A program made the position numbers and the translations under genes. From the NCBI GenBank assembly GCA_964016885.1, contig OZ024747.1, forward strand, positions 3,038,001 to 3,102,000: a stretch of DNA of 64,000 nucleotides. Direction: 5' to 3'. Below, piece after piece: positions 38,482 through 53,702 of this stretch. Position 1 is the stretch's first letter, and every line of letters starts with the position of its first letter. This stretch comes from Eledone cirrhosa (lineage: Eukaryota). The notes beneath the pieces are model-generated. The model was not told where the DNA came from. It did no database searches and was given only the letters and a program-made list of their open reading frames with translations.

Positions 38482-41400
38482 TATATATATATGTATGATG
38501 ATGATGATATATATATGATGATGAAGATAGATAGATAGATATAATACAGAGTCAAGGCCCGACAGCTGAGCTCTTGATGTTTCAACAGCAAAGTCCAGTC
38601 TGGAATTCTACTGTATTTACACTCTACTATCCCAAGTATCAAGTACTCTACTGATTAATGGTCTTACTAGATTAAAACCGGTATAATCCTGATATATATG
38701 TATGTTATGTATGTGTGTATGTATGTGTGAGCATATATGTTTATGTATGAATGCATATTTGTATGATGTATGAATACATATATATATATATGTATGTGTG
38801 GATATATGTATGATGTATGTATATATGCATGTAAGTATATATATATGCATATATGTATAATGCATGAATGTACATACATATATGTATGCATATGTGTATG
38901 TGTGTATGCATACATGTATGATGTATGTATGTATGCATATATGTATGTGTGTATGCATATATGTATGATGTATATATGTATGCATATATGTATGTATACA
39001 TGTATGCATACATGGATCAATGGATGAATGGTTGTGTATATGTCTAATGTATATGTATGTGTAATGCATTCTTGGTATTCTTTACAATATACTATTGAAA
39101 TAACAAAACCAACCCAAACCAGTATTAATGCACCAGTAATTTATTAATCAAATTAGCTGTCAGAATTTTTTGTGTATCACCTAGTTTTCGAATTTTATCA
39201 AGAATGTCTTACCACTTGCCAGCCTCAATCTCCTCAATCAGAATATTCTCAAGTATTTACTAATTTTATAACAAAGAAGCTTACCAGTTCGCAGCTGCAG
39301 TCTCCGCAAATATGATAGATCAAATAAAAAAAACACACACTCACAAAAACATATGCAAAACACACACAAAAAAAAAGGTCAGTAAGTATACGAATCAATT
39401 AATTTCATCTCCTGATATATTGATTGGTATTAATATAAAATTGGGGAGTGTTTTCAAAAACGGAAAAAAAATTAAGCAAAATATAAAATTATAAATATAT
39501 TCTTACAGTCACATAGGTTTTCTACTCAATTAAACTTATTTAAAATAAAATTCCTTTATATACTGTTTTGTTTAGCTGCTTCTCGTATTATCTTCAATGT
39601 CCTACTTCTATCTATTAGTATAATGTAGACACTGCAGACATATCATCTTTACTACAACCCACATTTTTTTTGGTTTTACTATTGTTCTTTAGTCTGTTAG
39701 GGAAGGGCCGTCCCTAAACTTAAATGTAACATATATGTCATATTTCCAGGCACTGAAGACACTTTGTCTTCGAGGACGCACCCTAATTCTGACAACCTCC
39801 AGGACGCATGGTAGATTTTTGAGACTTAGTTTAGGAAAAGAGTAGCATCTTCGACGACGGGAAATGCGGTATATATGTATATATATGTGTATATATACAT
39901 ATATATATGTATATATATATGTATATATATATATGTATATATATGCACACAATTGGATAATAATTGACTTTCATAAGTTCCTCCTCCCTTGGACGAACTT
40001 TGGGTTTTATCCGGCACTGTGTCCAAAAATCACCTTTCCTAACAAGGCTGTTTGGTGTGGTTACCAGCGTAGTTATTGACAAACACATCTCAACTATGCA
40101 ACAGGTTGTACTCATGAGTCACCTCACACATACAATACAATATTTATTACATACTTACTGACCAAATTAAATCGGTAAAAAAAAATTTACAAGAGAATGG
40201 TAAATATTTTGAAGAATTGTTTGTAAATATTGGATAGAGAGAATATTTTTATGAGAAATGTTTGTTTACTCAAGGATAAAAGTTATTATCATGGGAACAG
40301 TAGCATCAGGCTGCTCAGAAATACTATTAATCAAAATCAGCTGTCTCTTACAACCATAGAACATTTTCCTTCTATCCATGCCCACCACATGAAAAAAGAT
40401 TTAAGAGAAATATTGTTGTTAGTATAACAGATTACGCAATCAGTTTCAACTGTTTTTATATTTTTCTGCTTAGACAGGAAAAAAATAAATCTTGTAAAAT
40501 TTGCAGCACATCTCGTAACTTCATGAAAACATGTCTATATCGACATCTTTCATTTTAATTTACATTTGAATACATAAAAGATATATTCATATGTAAAAAA
40601 ATAAAACCCCCACTACAAAATAGGAATAAAGACGTTTGCAATTGTATGACATGCGGTGCTAACAACATAAATATATTATTTTATTCTTTTAAACTTTTAC
40701 TGGTTTCATTCACAAATCTGTAACCATGCCAGGCACTGCCATGTAGGGATTTAGACAATCAATTCTAGTTCATATTTTTTTAGATCTGGTACTTACTTTA
40801 TCAATCTCCTTTTGTGGAACAACTAAATTATAGGATACAAGCAAACAGTATATATAAACATACACATACAAACACACACAAACACACACTCTCTCATACA
40901 CACATGCACACACACACACAAACACACACTCTCTCACACACACATACAAACACACACAAACACACACTCTCTCACACACACATGCACACACACACACACT
41001 CACACAACACTCATATATATAGTCATGTGAAACTACAGCCGGTTTGAAAGCTGATGAGGTGAAATGATGTTTGTGTGATCTTGTCTCGTTCATTTTCTTC
41101 CGTTGCTCCACTTTTCCTATCAACTCTGTGGGCCAACACATTTCTAGCGGCTCATTTCTATCCTTTGAGGTAAATTTTACCCGATGCCGTCACTGATGGT
41201 ATTTTGTTGTTTTAACAGATTCCTTGTGTTGAGTTTTTCTCATTATTTCTAATAGACTCGTGCTTCAACTCAATCTTCAAGAAAACTTTGTTTATATATA
41301 TGGAATTAGCTGTTGAAACAGCAAGAGCTCAGCGGTTGGGCCCTGACTATTCCTAATATATATATATATATATATAATATATATATATGTATATATATAT

Positions 41401-42098
41401 ACATATATATAAATGCCGGGTACCTACACTGTTTCTGCCAACCAGATTTCATTGACAAGGCATTGATCAACTCAAAGCTATAGTAGAAAACACTTGCTAA
41501 AGGTGACATTCATTGGGATTGAACCCCAAACCACATGGTTGTGAAGCAAACTCCTTAACCACAAATCCATGCCTGCATCTATAATCATCATCATCATCAT
41601 TAACAACAACATTATTTAACTTCGTTTTTCTTTACTAATAAAGTTTGGACAAGTTGTCACAGACTAAGTCAGTACTTAATTGTGCTGACTTGACACTGTA
41701 TTGCTATATATTATATATTACACTATTCTATAATACTTAATATATTTAGTGTTTCTATTCAGTTTCACTTGGTTATTTAATTGCTAGGCTGGTAGCTTCA
41801 CTTTGTTACTTTGTTCAGGTTTATCAGTTCATTAAGCAGGATAGGGTTTGGATTAGCTTAATGGGTAATTACAGGGTTTGTTGGTTCATTAAATGAGATA
41901 GGTTTTGGTTTGGGTTCTGGTTATTGAGCATGTGATTTATTTTGGTGGGTGTCTATATAAGGGATATGGTTAGGTAGGGGTATAGAGCTGGAGTATATTT
42001 CTGATCATTATATTGATTACGAGTGTGTGTAATACCATTCATGCAATAGAGTTCTAGTCACTGCAAAGAATTATAGAAACCAGTGGTAAGAAATTCTC

Positions 42099-42620
42099 AG
42101 GAGGAGAGCTGGACAGCAGAAGGTCTTCAGAGAAGAGACTGTCAGAAGAGCTGGACAGCAGAAGGTCTTCAGAGAAGAAACTGTCAGAAGAGCTGGACAG
42201 CAGAAGGTCTTCAGAGAAGAAACTGTCAGGAGAGCTGGACAGCAGAAGGTCTTCAGAGAAGAGACTGTCAGAAGAGCTGGACAGCAGAAGGTCTTCAGAG
42301 AAGAGACTGTCAGAAGAGCTGGACAGCAGAAGGTCTTCAGAGAAGAAACTGTCAGAAGAGCTGGACAGCAGAAGGTCTTCAGAGAAGAAACTGTCAGGAG
42401 AGCTGGACAGCAGAAGGTCTTCAGAGAAGAGACTGTCAGAAGAGCTGGACAGCAGAAGGTCTTCAGAGAAGAGACTGTCAGAAGAGCTGGACAGCAGAAG
42501 GTCTTCAGAGAAGAGACTGTCAGAAGAGCTGGACAGCAGAAGGTCTTCAGAGAAGAGACTGTCAGAAGAGCTGGACAGCAGAAGGTCTTCAGAGAAGAAA
42601 CTGTCAGGAGAGCTGGACAG
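42099..42620. repeat. 42-bp minisatellite, ~12 copies
   Basis: Unit gagctggacagcagaaggtcttcagagaaga(g/a)actgtcag(a/g)a. Confidence 0.95.
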
Positions 42621-43189
42621 TAAGGACTTAGTGGGGAGGGTCTGAACTAAAAAAATGATAAGCGGTGGGGAGTGACAATTATTTGAGACCCAAGAGTAGT
42701 AAATAAGGGTGTATCAAATGTCACGAGATCATTTGATATATATAATTTAAAATAGTCTAGTGGTTTTTGGAACATCATCTGTATATATGAAAGTAACTGA
42801 ATGAACTTAGAGAATACAGAGCCAGAAGGAATATTACATGACAATCTGATATTTTAACAAGTGAGCCAAATTGCTGCCAAAATAGGATGTAGCAAATATT
42901 GAAGGAAAAACACATCCGTTGTCATCTAAACAATCATTTATTATTTTCAAAGTTTGAAGATGGCAGGTTTATAAAAGAAAAGAAATCAGATGGTACACTA
43001 TTCTTGCCTTTCTTAATAGTGAGAATGTTTTAAGGAAAGTGGAATTATTATGATCATAAACCAAAACAGTTGATTGTTCACTAATTTACCTCAAATTTAA
43101 GACATTCACAAATAAAAAGACTACTTTTTTAACAGGTATGAAATCTCAAACCTGGTATTCCCCCTCCAGACATGGGGAAGCATGTCTCA

Positions 43190-43292
43190 TGACTCATACA
43201 CTGTTCACTTTCCTGACATTTGTACATTATTCTATGTATTATACATGCACCTTTGGTGAGTTGTAGTGCACCTGAGCACTGTACACAATAAT
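43190..43292 (+). repeat. Dispersed retroposon 3'-end family
   Basis: ttcacttt/ccctgaca.ttgtacatt...gcaccttt..tgagttgtagtgcacctgagcactgtacacaataattt also occurs at 62150-62252(+), 11725-11830(-) and 37595-37630. Confidence 0.7.
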
Positions 43293-43310
43293 TTTCATCA
43301 TTATCATTAC

Positions 43311-43343
<33 letters not shown>

Positions 43344-43984
43344 TTAATTTATTTACAATACCAGTTTCCGCAATAAATGCATTGATAATTGCAGATATGC
43401 CGAATATTGTTAAGTTGCATATCTGTACAAATAGCGATAATAATAATAATAATGATGAAAATGAAAATAAAAAGGGGAAGAACAATAAAATTAATTTTCA
43501 CATACATGTTCATTCAGAGAAGTCATTTCTTTGTCCATCCTACTCTGCTTCTAGCTTGGTTGTAGCTAGGAAGCTTATCAGGCTGGGTCCTATCCTGGTT
43601 TCCGTAGCAAGAAGCGACTGAGAGTACAAGACTTCCCTCTGGACACAATTCCAGTCTATCACAGGAGTAAACCTCTAGATATTACTGGTACTCATTTTAA
43701 GCTGAGTTTACTGGAGCAATGTGAAATGAGGTGTTCTGCTCAAGAATACAACACAAGGCAGTCCAAGAACCAAAACCATGACATTATGATCATGAGTCCA
43801 ACACCTGTACCACTATGCCATACGTCTTTGGTGATATGAGCTCGCAGATATATAGGTGAATAAGAGAAATGAAACTGTGTGATGTTATTGCTTGCTTTGA
43901 GATCTTTAGAGGCATATGGTTCCAGGAAAATTGAAACACTGTCAAGTAGTAATCTCAGTGGGAGTTTACCTAACATTCTGAATA

Positions 43985-44100
43985 TATATACAGGTGTAGT
44001 GTTGGTGAATCTCAGGAACCATGGAGGTTTTAAAGGATGCAGTGTCTCAACAGCTAATAACTGATGCAGGTAGTTTGTTCCATGCTTCAGCAACTCTGTA
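43985..44100 (-). mobile_element. CR1-group LINE extreme 3' fragment
   Basis: Minus-strand peptide VAEAWNKLPASVISC*DTASFKTSM fits the WNxLP...FK motif. Confidence 0.6.
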
Positions 44101-44580
44101 TATATACCAGATGGGGTGTGGTAAAATACCAGATGAACCATTACTCACCAGAGTACTCGATACTTGGGGTAGTAAAGTGGGTAGAATTAAATCTGAACTG
44201 CCAAGATCCAAGATTCATTTGCTTAGTGAGTGGGGTGAAACTCATCAGATCAGACCAAAGAACCAATGTTTCCATTGGTCTCTCTATTGCTAATACTATC
44301 TACCTGTCACAACTCCTGAGAAAAGGAACAACAGGAAATAAAGTGTCTTGCTCAAGGACATAATACATCACCTGACCCAGGAATTGAACTCACAACCTAA
44401 TGATTGCAAATCTAACTCTCTAACCATTAGGTGATACATAAAATAAGCAAGTAACCTTGAACTAGGAAAGTATTGGGATCAATATCATCAACTGAATCCT
44501 TTCAAAATAATGCTGCAGCATGACCACAATCCATTGATTGACAACAGTAAAAGAAACATATGTGTGTATATATATGTGTA

Positions 44581-44611
<31 letters not shown>

Positions 44612-44682
44612 GTGTATATATATGTGTGTGTATATATATATGTGTTTATATATATGTGTGTGTATATAAGTGTGTATATATA

Positions 44683-44714
<32 letters not shown>

Positions 44715-44739
44715 CATACATGCATCATACACATAGAAG

Positions 44740-44821
<82 letters not shown>

Positions 44822-45133
44822 ATTATTCAGTTTATGGACGTAAAATAATCAAAGATATAACTTTCACTTTCGTTTTATAGAAAACAAAAGCTTTTACTTT
44901 CCCTTCCACAATGGACAGAATACATTAAATGAGTAAAATGGTATTTGTTATCTTTCTATTAGTAATTACTATAATATATGTTGTTATCATGGGTTTTTAA
45001 TTTAAATTCTTCATTCGATGGTGACATTATATATATATATATATATACATACAGATGCACGACACACATATATATATGTATATATATATACTTATATATA
45101 TAATGATATATGGGTGTATACATATATAATAAC

Positions 45134-45185
<52 letters not shown>

Positions 45186-45189
<4 letters not shown>

Positions 45190-45296
45190 TCCGATGATTT
45201 GATGAGAGACGCACACAATATTTAAGGTTGAGTGATGCAACTTCGAGAGATTAGCGGCCTTTAGACTCACCTGATCAATGAAACAATTGTTAATAC
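45186..45296 (+). ncRNA. Degenerate type I hammerhead motif with extended stem II, in a TA-flanked island
   Basis: gtatt-CCGATGA-tttgat...atcaat-GAAA-caattg-TT-aatac: 5 bp stem I and palindromic stem III. AATAAA lies just downstream. Confidence 0.5.
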
Positions 45297-45574
45297 TGTA
45301 AATAAAACCCATTTTGTTATTCTTCACTCTTTCACTACTATATATATATGTATATATATAGTAGTAAGTTTCATTTCAATAGTAACATAGATTAGCATTG
45401 GCAAACAAAGCCAAAAGTTTTATGAACTAAACCAATGCTTTCATACCAAGTAAAGTTGAAAGTCATAGTTTCGGTTTTATGTATGTAAAGTGAATGTGTG
45501 TGCATGTGTATGTATACATACGTGCATACATGCATAAATACATACATACTTGCATACATATATATATGCATACA

Positions 45575-45778
45575 TAAGAGGACCAGTAAAAAGTTCATAG
45601 TCTGACCAAGATACTCTCATGGAATGACCAAATGAAGTTGTTTATTTTTCAACATAGTCTCTGGAAAGTAACAATGCAGTTATTAATAAAAAGAGTTGAA
45701 ATAATTGCATGCAAGACTTCACAGCTCTAGCATCAATACTTCATAGTAGGCTTATGAAATTTTCAGCCTACCCTCATA
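45575..45778. mobile_element. Mariner-type MITE (~200 bp)
   Basis: TIRs like TA(C)GAGGGTCAGCTGAAAAGTTCATA. Homologous copies at 46340-46541 (opposite orientation) and 52655-52850. Confidence 0.8.
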
Positions 45779-46339
45779 CAAACATACATTCATACATACA
45801 AACATACATACAAACATACATACATATATACATACATACATATATACATACATACATACATACATACATACAATTATTTGCGTCTATTAATTTTAATACC
45901 TACTATTTTAAAATCCGATCTTCTATGTTGGATAAGTCCAAATTCCTTTGAAACTGTACATGTTGTAAGTCCTTTTCCTCATAATAATTATTCCCAAACT
46001 TCTCGTATCAGTGCTAAATTTTTGGTTTCGTTTTATTTGTTTGCAGATAAATTGAAAAGATTCTGATGTAAAGCGTTAGAATTTTTGGCAAAGTAATAAG
46101 GCAGTTATGTCCCTTTAACGCTGAACAATGAACATTTTTTCTCATGGAATAATTAATTGGGAGATATTAATTAAATACCCGTCATAATATTTAAATGACA
46201 AAAAAAGAAGTGAGAAAAATAACAGCTATATAGGTAAGTGATATAATAATTTTACTGTATAATTTCTAATATACTCTCTACCTACGCACACCCCCTCCTT
46301 TCTCTTCCTTGCTTTGATACAATCCAATGAGGTTGCATC

Positions 46340-46541
46340 TACATGGCTGGGCTGAAAAGTTCATAAACTCACTATGAAGAAGTGATGCTAGGCCTGTGAA
46401 ATCTTGCATGCATTAATTTCAATTCTTCTTATTAATAACTGCATTGTTTCCTTCCAGGGACTATGTTGAAAAATAAATCTCATTTGGTCATTCCATGAGA
46501 GTATCTTGGTCAGACTATGAACTTTTCAGCTGACCCTTGTA
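46340..46541. mobile_element. Mariner-type MITE, inverted relative to the 45575 copy
   Basis: ggctgaaaagttcata / tatgaacttttcagctgacccttgta termini. Internal sequence is the reverse complement of 45575-45778. Confidence 0.8.
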
Positions 46542-49176
46542 TGTCATCAGAAACCTGCTAGAAATAGCAACCAATTGTCTCACAAATGACACAGGTATAC
46601 ACTGGTATACACTGACACAGGTATACACACATACACTTACACAGATATACACATACACTGACACAGATATACACATACACTGACACAGATATACACATAC
46701 ACTGACACAGATATACACATACACTGACACAGATGCACACATATACACTGTCACAGATATACACATACATGCTTGCTCTCCCCTCGCCCCTTTCTCTCTC
46801 TCTCTCCCTTTCTCTCTCTTGCCTTGCTTTCCCCTCGCCCCTTTCTCTCTCTCCCTTTCTCTTTCTTGCCTTGCTCTCCCCTCGCCCCTTTCTCTCTCTC
46901 CACCCCACCCCCTTCCACTCTCTCTATACACCCCTTTCCCTCAAATAACCTTCATACAGACACATGCAATTTTCCACTCTATTTCATCAACCTTTTATTT
47001 CACTTTATATCAAAGCCTCTAAATACACTATACACATATATATGCACTATATATACACTATATACATATATACACTATATACACTATATACACTATATAT
47101 TTCAGTCCCTGACTTTCACTTTCTTTGTTACTTTATATTCCACTCTGACTTCATGTCTATCTATTTAAAACACTTAGAGACTTCAATACAGAGAGAGAAT
47201 GAGAAAGAAGTGGTGGGGAGAGAGGGAGAAGGAGAGAGTTCTGAGAGAGAGAGAGAGCGAGGGGGGAAGAGATAGAGAGAGAGAACAGTTAAAAGATGTT
47301 CTCTTCTAAACTCGGAATGTATGCTCCCTACACTACTTTCATATCCTCACACTAACACTGACACAATTGCTAGCCCTCCTTATGACCAATACTGATGTCC
47401 ACTTCATAATGGATACATAATTAGATGTTACACCTAGACCACAATAAGCACCTTGTAATCAGAAGCCGTTGCCATTCTTCTGAAATAGATAGCCTATAAT
47501 ATTCAAATCTTTTTGAAAATGATCAAAATTTGAAAAGATTTAATATAATAAATTTCTCGTTATTTATCAGGTGTGAGGAGGATAGCTTAACAGAGGTTCT
47601 TACATAGAATTATGATGGAGGGATTTTAGATAAATATAAACACTTTAAAATAAACTGTTTTGTACAATAGAACCAGGGGCAGTTTCAGGTTGTTTGATAA
47701 AGAAAGGGTTAAAGAGAACCCAGATGTTTATTGGAAATCTGATCCAGAGTTGATTCTTTAACCCTTTAGTGTTTACATTACTCTATATAAACTATTATAT
47801 TTTCACGGTAAAGGCTTTACTTCACATAATTATCTTGCATAATATGGAATCTATGAGATTTTGACATTATTTATTTTGAGAACAATACCTTAACATCAGT
47901 ATGAGGGGCTGGTTACAGCCAGTTTGAACAGAAAAAGGTGAGAGAATTCTGGCCAGATATGGCCGGTTTAAATACTAGTGTTAAACCTTGCAGGATAAGC
48001 TTAACCCCCTCATCACTATAAGCTGGAACTGTCTTTATGTAGTTGTTCAATCAGCTAGAAAAAGTAGTCAAATCTTCCTCAAATCATTTTGAAAATGATC
48101 AAAGGAACGTGACAAGTGGAGGGAATTCATTCTAAGAAGGACCCATCCAACCTATCCAAGCATGGAAAAGTGGATGTAAAAACGATGATGATGATGATGA
48201 TGATGATGATGATCAACCCTAATATTTATTTCATTCTGATAAATATTTCTCACTTTCTATATATCAAACTGGTGAGATAAATGGCATGAAGGGACAATAG
48301 ATAAACAGGGAACAAATACAGCTACATACACACATTGAAGCACGACTATCCCAACATGGAAGTCAATATAAATCGGGCTTTTTAATTTACTAAAAGCTTC
48401 ACTGACATTTACAAAAGTGCAGTACTAGTAGAGCAGTAATAATATATGTGGACTTATTAATGAATGTTCCTGTGTTTTGTTTGTTTTCCCTTGTCACAGT
48501 ATTTCTTTATTGACTGTCATTTCTTATTTGAGTGTTTTGTTCCAGTAGCACTAAGTGGCAGTAATTGTAGAATCTCACAGAGATTCAATAACCAATTCTA
48601 TTGTTATTATAATGTGGCTTTATTTACATAAATTCATAACATTCTTCCACCACCATGAATAACAAAACAACAACCCCCTCCATACAATATTATTGGTATA
48701 ATATCTCAAAATTTCAACAATTTTAACACAAAATATTTCATTAAGAGTTTAATCATATCTTTCAATGTAAAATATTTAAATTTAAGCATACTTTTCAGTA
48801 TGGCTTTTAATTCAAGTAGAATGATACAGCACAAAGTAGACAATTCCTTAGTAGTTTGTGATGGTTTGATAACAGCCATAAACTTGGTTGCTTTTGCTTG
48901 GGGATCCAGCCTGATCATTTGGAGATGCTTGCTTGTGATAGAACAATCTGGAAGGTGTGTCTGTGGACCCTGCCTCCAAGATCCTGTCGGGAATAAATGG
49001 GCATAGAGGAAGATAGATAACATCCCTCTTTCCTTTCATCAGTAATAAAAATAATAGTTTTTTCTCTAATTTTTTATCAAATAAAAATGAAATCCAATAA
49101 GAAAATATATAATACAAAAAATCCTGTCAGTTATAAATGAATGCCTAATGAGAAAATGTTAAATTATATCCAGGCT

Positions 49177-49478
49177 GTTCTGAGTTCAAATCCCACCGAG
49201 TTTAACTTTGCCTTTCATCCTTACGGGGTCGATAAAATAAAGTACCAGTAATGTACTGGGGAAATTGCTGGCCTTGTACCGAAAGTAGAAATCAGTATTA
49301 ATAGTTATTAAGACATTTCTTCATTTATATTCAATATTTTTGATATTTCTTCAAATTCAGATCATTTCATTATATATATATATATATTAATTGTTTCTAC
49401 TTTAGGCACAAGGCCAGCAATTATCCCAGTGCATTACTGGTACTTTATTTTATCGACCCCGTAAGGATGAAAGGCAAA
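49177..49478. mobile_element. Two partial tRNA-SINE family 1 copies, tail to tail
   Basis: 49177-49298(+) and 49388-49478(-). Confidence 0.8.
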
Positions 49479-49832
49479 TATATATATATATATATTAATA
49501 AAAGATTGGAAGCCATATTCAGTTGATTCATGTTTCTTTAAAACTCTGTTATACATATTTCACTGAGGACTGTCAGTTATGATAGTCTAAGCTCTTCAGA
49601 TGGCAAAACCTAAAATAAACATTGAAAATTCCTAAGAAACCTTTAAATTTGGAAAAATCCAATAGTTTCCCCGAAAAAAAAAAGTTTCTTTCATGATACA
49701 GGGGGCTGGTTGAATGTGTGGCGTTGTTTCTTTGATGGTTGGCTCTTGTATATCATGAAGTATGTTTTGGAATGCAGTAAACAAAGTTTGGGAATTAAAA
49801 TAGAGATAGAAGCTTCACTGTATCATGGACTA

Positions 49833-50104
49833 AATAAACTTTGGTAGACATTACTGTACTGAGATGAATAAACTTTGGTAGACATTACTGTACTGAGATG
49901 AATAAACTTTGGTAGACATTACTGTACTGAGATGAATAAACTTTGGTAGACATTACTGTACTGAGATGAATAAACTTTGGTAGACATTACTGAACTGAGA
50001 TGAATAAACTTTGGTAGACATTACTGTACTGAGATGAATAAACTTTGGTAGACATTACTGTACTAAGATGAATAAACTTTGGTAGACATTACTGTACTGA
50101 GATG
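49833..50104. repeat. 34-bp minisatellite, 8 copies
   Basis: Unit aataaactttggtagacattactgtactgagatg. Confidence 0.95.
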
Positions 50105-52654
50105 AAATGTTTTGGAGCAATGAGTGAGTCAATATTTTATAGGAATCTCAAACACAGAAATAGCTGTAAAATAGCCAGTTGCTCATAGCAAAGAGTCGGG
50201 TTGATTTGTTTAACCAAACTCTTTACTGTGATCATCGTAGCAGCTGCTACTTTACAGCTATTTCTGTGTTTGGGAATCTTACAATTTTATGTAATGTTTG
50301 AGATGTTGAGATGGGGCATGGTGCACAAAAGGTTGGGAACCACTGTAGTATACAAAACTTTCAGTAAAGTGTATAGAAATATCTTGGTCGGGTTCTAAAC
50401 ATGTTTCCTTGTTCTAATCCAATCTAGAGTGAAGTTGTTTGAAATATTGGCTGATGAATTTAGAAATGGATATTTCTCTTACATTATGATACACCAGACA
50501 AGCTATTTATCCATTAATGAGTAATGGTTGTGTAAAGAGTGTAACATACACACATGTACACACATACACACACAAACACACATAACACACATACACACAC
50601 CTATACACACAAACACACATAACACACATAACACACAAGTACACACATGTACACACATACACACACAAACACACATAACACACATGTGCACACATATACA
50701 CACATAACACATGCACACATGCATACACCTATACACACAAACACACATAACACACAAGTACACACATGTACACACATACACACACAAACACACATAACAC
50801 ACATGTACACACATATACACACAAACACACATAACACATGCACACTTGCAAACACATACATGACATACATGCACGCACACATATACAGACATACATGATT
50901 TACGTGTAACCACAAGCATGCCAACACACACACACACTCATGTGCACACACACACACACATGCATATCATCCATGGACAAACACACACATGCATATATGA
51001 CATACATCTCCCCCTCCACAAAAACACACACATACATAACGCACATGCACAAACACATACATACATGTATGCTCACACACATGTACACACACACTCACAC
51101 ACACATGACATACAGCTCCCCTCCACACAAACACGCATGCACACACACCCATAATATATAACAAACATGCACCCTTCCCATACACACACACAGTATGTAC
51201 ACATTAAATGTGAACATGCATAAACAAACAGAAAGAGGAAGAGCGAGAGAGAGAGAGAGAGAGCGTGAGAGAGAGGGAGAGAGAGAGGGAGAGAGAGTGT
51301 GTGTGTTCATTAATAAATTATGACTCTATTCAGCTAAAATGGCTGACATTATGTACTTTACACAATACACAGTGTTTGTGTGTAAATTGATAATCAGACT
51401 GAGAAATTGTGAATAGGAGGCAGCGTAATAGCAATATATACACTTATAGGATAAACTAATGGAATGTTGGTTCAATTCTCATTAGGTAATGTGTACCAAA
51501 GTTACCTTGGTGTAAAAGTAATAAGGTAAACGTGAAGTTTTTCTCATTAACATCATTTTCAAGTTCCCCCCTAGTAGGGTATGCACCCCATGTTGGGAAT
51601 TACTGGTTTACATTTAATCTTTGTTATCAGTGTTTTCATGGCTGCATTTCCATGTTGGCAGGAGTTGGACATGTTCTGATTAATTATAAATATACACTAG
51701 TTAAAATCCTCAATGCTCATTAGTTAATTAGATGTGTGTGTGTGTGTGAGTTTTGTGCATGCATTCATGCATGCATGTCGTGGCCATGCGGGAAACCTAA
51801 ATTTTTTATGAGACAAAGCCAGAAACTCCCTCTACACTGCTTCTCAAAATTCAAAATAAGTTGGTAAGAAAGGGACTTCTGTTTTTTGTTTATAGTTAAT
51901 ATGAAGCATTGTCAGATATATAATAAATGACTAAGTTTCAGAATGCCAGAATATTCTGGTAGAAATATATAAAGAGCAAAAAATGATAAATAAAACAAAA
52001 GTAATGTTTTGAAATGTTTTCATTTTACATTTGAAAAGAGGATTATAGCCCTGAAATATTATGGTGAAATATACTGGGTAAAACATTACTTTGTTTCGTT
52101 TTATTTGTCATTCATTTGCCTTTATATATTCCTACTCCATTGTACTGGCTTTCTGAAACTTATCTATTTTATGTTGTTGTTCTTTATTTTTTTATCTTTA
52201 AATTTGAAACTTCACATCCATTGTGTTAACATTTCAAATTCATGTTGTCTTACTTATAATTAATATGATAGTAAATTGCATATGGCAAAGAAGATTATTT
52301 GAAAATTGTGTCTGAAACTTATTTTGTAAACACGTAAATATTGATTTCTTATTTATATCAATTGAACCTTTGCTTGCTTAATACTTATTTTTTAATCCTT
52401 TTGACCCCTATTCCCCTTTGAACTAAATTGTTGGGCACTTCTTTGAAAAATGCAGGGGACATATCATAGTGAAGACTCTTTTGGCCATGAAGGAAGAAAG
52501 GTTACTTCTCTTGTGGACATACTGCTTTAATAAAAGTGTTACTGGTTTTAGTAAATTTTAAAGCAAAATAAGTAAATATTTAGAATATTTCTGTTGATTA
52601 TGATTTATAACAATAGATCAGGGATGTGTGTTTGTGCTTTTAGTTTTGGTTCTA

Positions 52655-52850
52655 TATGAGAGTCAGCTGAGAAGTTCATAGTCTGATGAAGATACTCTCA
52701 TGGAATGACCAAATGAGGTTTATTTTTCAACATAGTCCCTGTAAAGAAACAATGCAGTTATTAATAAAAAGAGTTGTAATTAATGCATGCAAGATTTCAC
52801 AGCTCTAGCATCACTCTAGTCAGCTTATGAACCTCTCTGTCAAACTACGT
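52655..52850. mobile_element. Mariner-type MITE, third copy
   Basis: Homologous to 45575-45778. Confidence 0.75.
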
Positions 52851-53147
52851 GTTTCCCTTATATGGGTATATACTTAACTGTTTATTGCTAAATTATTGCT
52901 AGAATTCATAATATTTTTAGTTTTTATATTCTAAAATGATCAATATTCTAATCTGTCAATAATTAATCAATCTCTTGTCAACCAAATCAATATTGAAGCC
53001 TCATTGTAGTAGCTGAAGCTGAAGTTGTAGCCTTCCATCTTAAAACCATACTTTACCATCTTGAAAATAGTAAGACAGATTGGACAATGTCTTATACAAG
53101 ATGGATGGGATAACCATGGCTTCAATGCTTTTGATCATGACTGCTTA

Positions 53148-53437
53148 CAGGGATTGATTTAGACTTTGGGGAGAGGGGGCACTTCAGATTTTGGGGGGAG
53201 TCTCATACACAGCCCCCACCCCCACCCAATTTTACATATCAAAGTTAGTCTGGTGCAATTAATTGGAATTGAAAAGTTATACATACAGGTATTAACTTTG
53301 AAAATTCTAACCATTCTAAAACTAAAAAGCCCAGCTGAGGACACAAATAAATTGTTACGGGTGTCACTGGTGGGACCTACCACTGCAGGGGGCCCACGGC
53401 AATTGCCCTCTTTGCCCCCCCATTAAATTCAGCCCTG
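53148..53437. mobile_element. hAT-type MITE
   Basis: TIRs cagggattgatttag / ttaaattcagccctg. Perfect 8-bp TSD actgctta at 53140-53147 and 53438-53445. Confidence 0.88.
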
Positions 53438-53702
53438 ACTGCTTAATCAAGGCTGACCAGTGGTGAAAAACTGCTATATGTGAATTTTTCTAAGAAAATA
53501 TACACAAATAGTAAAACATAGTTTGACAATTTGAAAATAATTCTCATTGCCAGAGATAATATATGTTAGATATAATATAATCTAGAGTCAACTGAACAGT
53601 GCTACTAGTTTATGGAACTAAATTGGTGAATTCTCCATTGTTCTCAATGATGAGCACTTGATTGGTCAAGCAAATGGATTGCTACTTGTGTAATTAACAT
53701 GT

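Noticed and set aside
47690-47985. piggyBac-like ends (aaagggttaa; ttaaccctttag)
   Set aside because: Matching partner termini are too degenerate to delimit an element confidently.
48706-49023. Possible minus-strand exon or 105-aa ORF
   Set aside because: No recognisable domain and no partner exons.
52682-52700. CTGATGA in plus strand
   Set aside because: It is part of a mariner MITE; sister copies read ctgacca.
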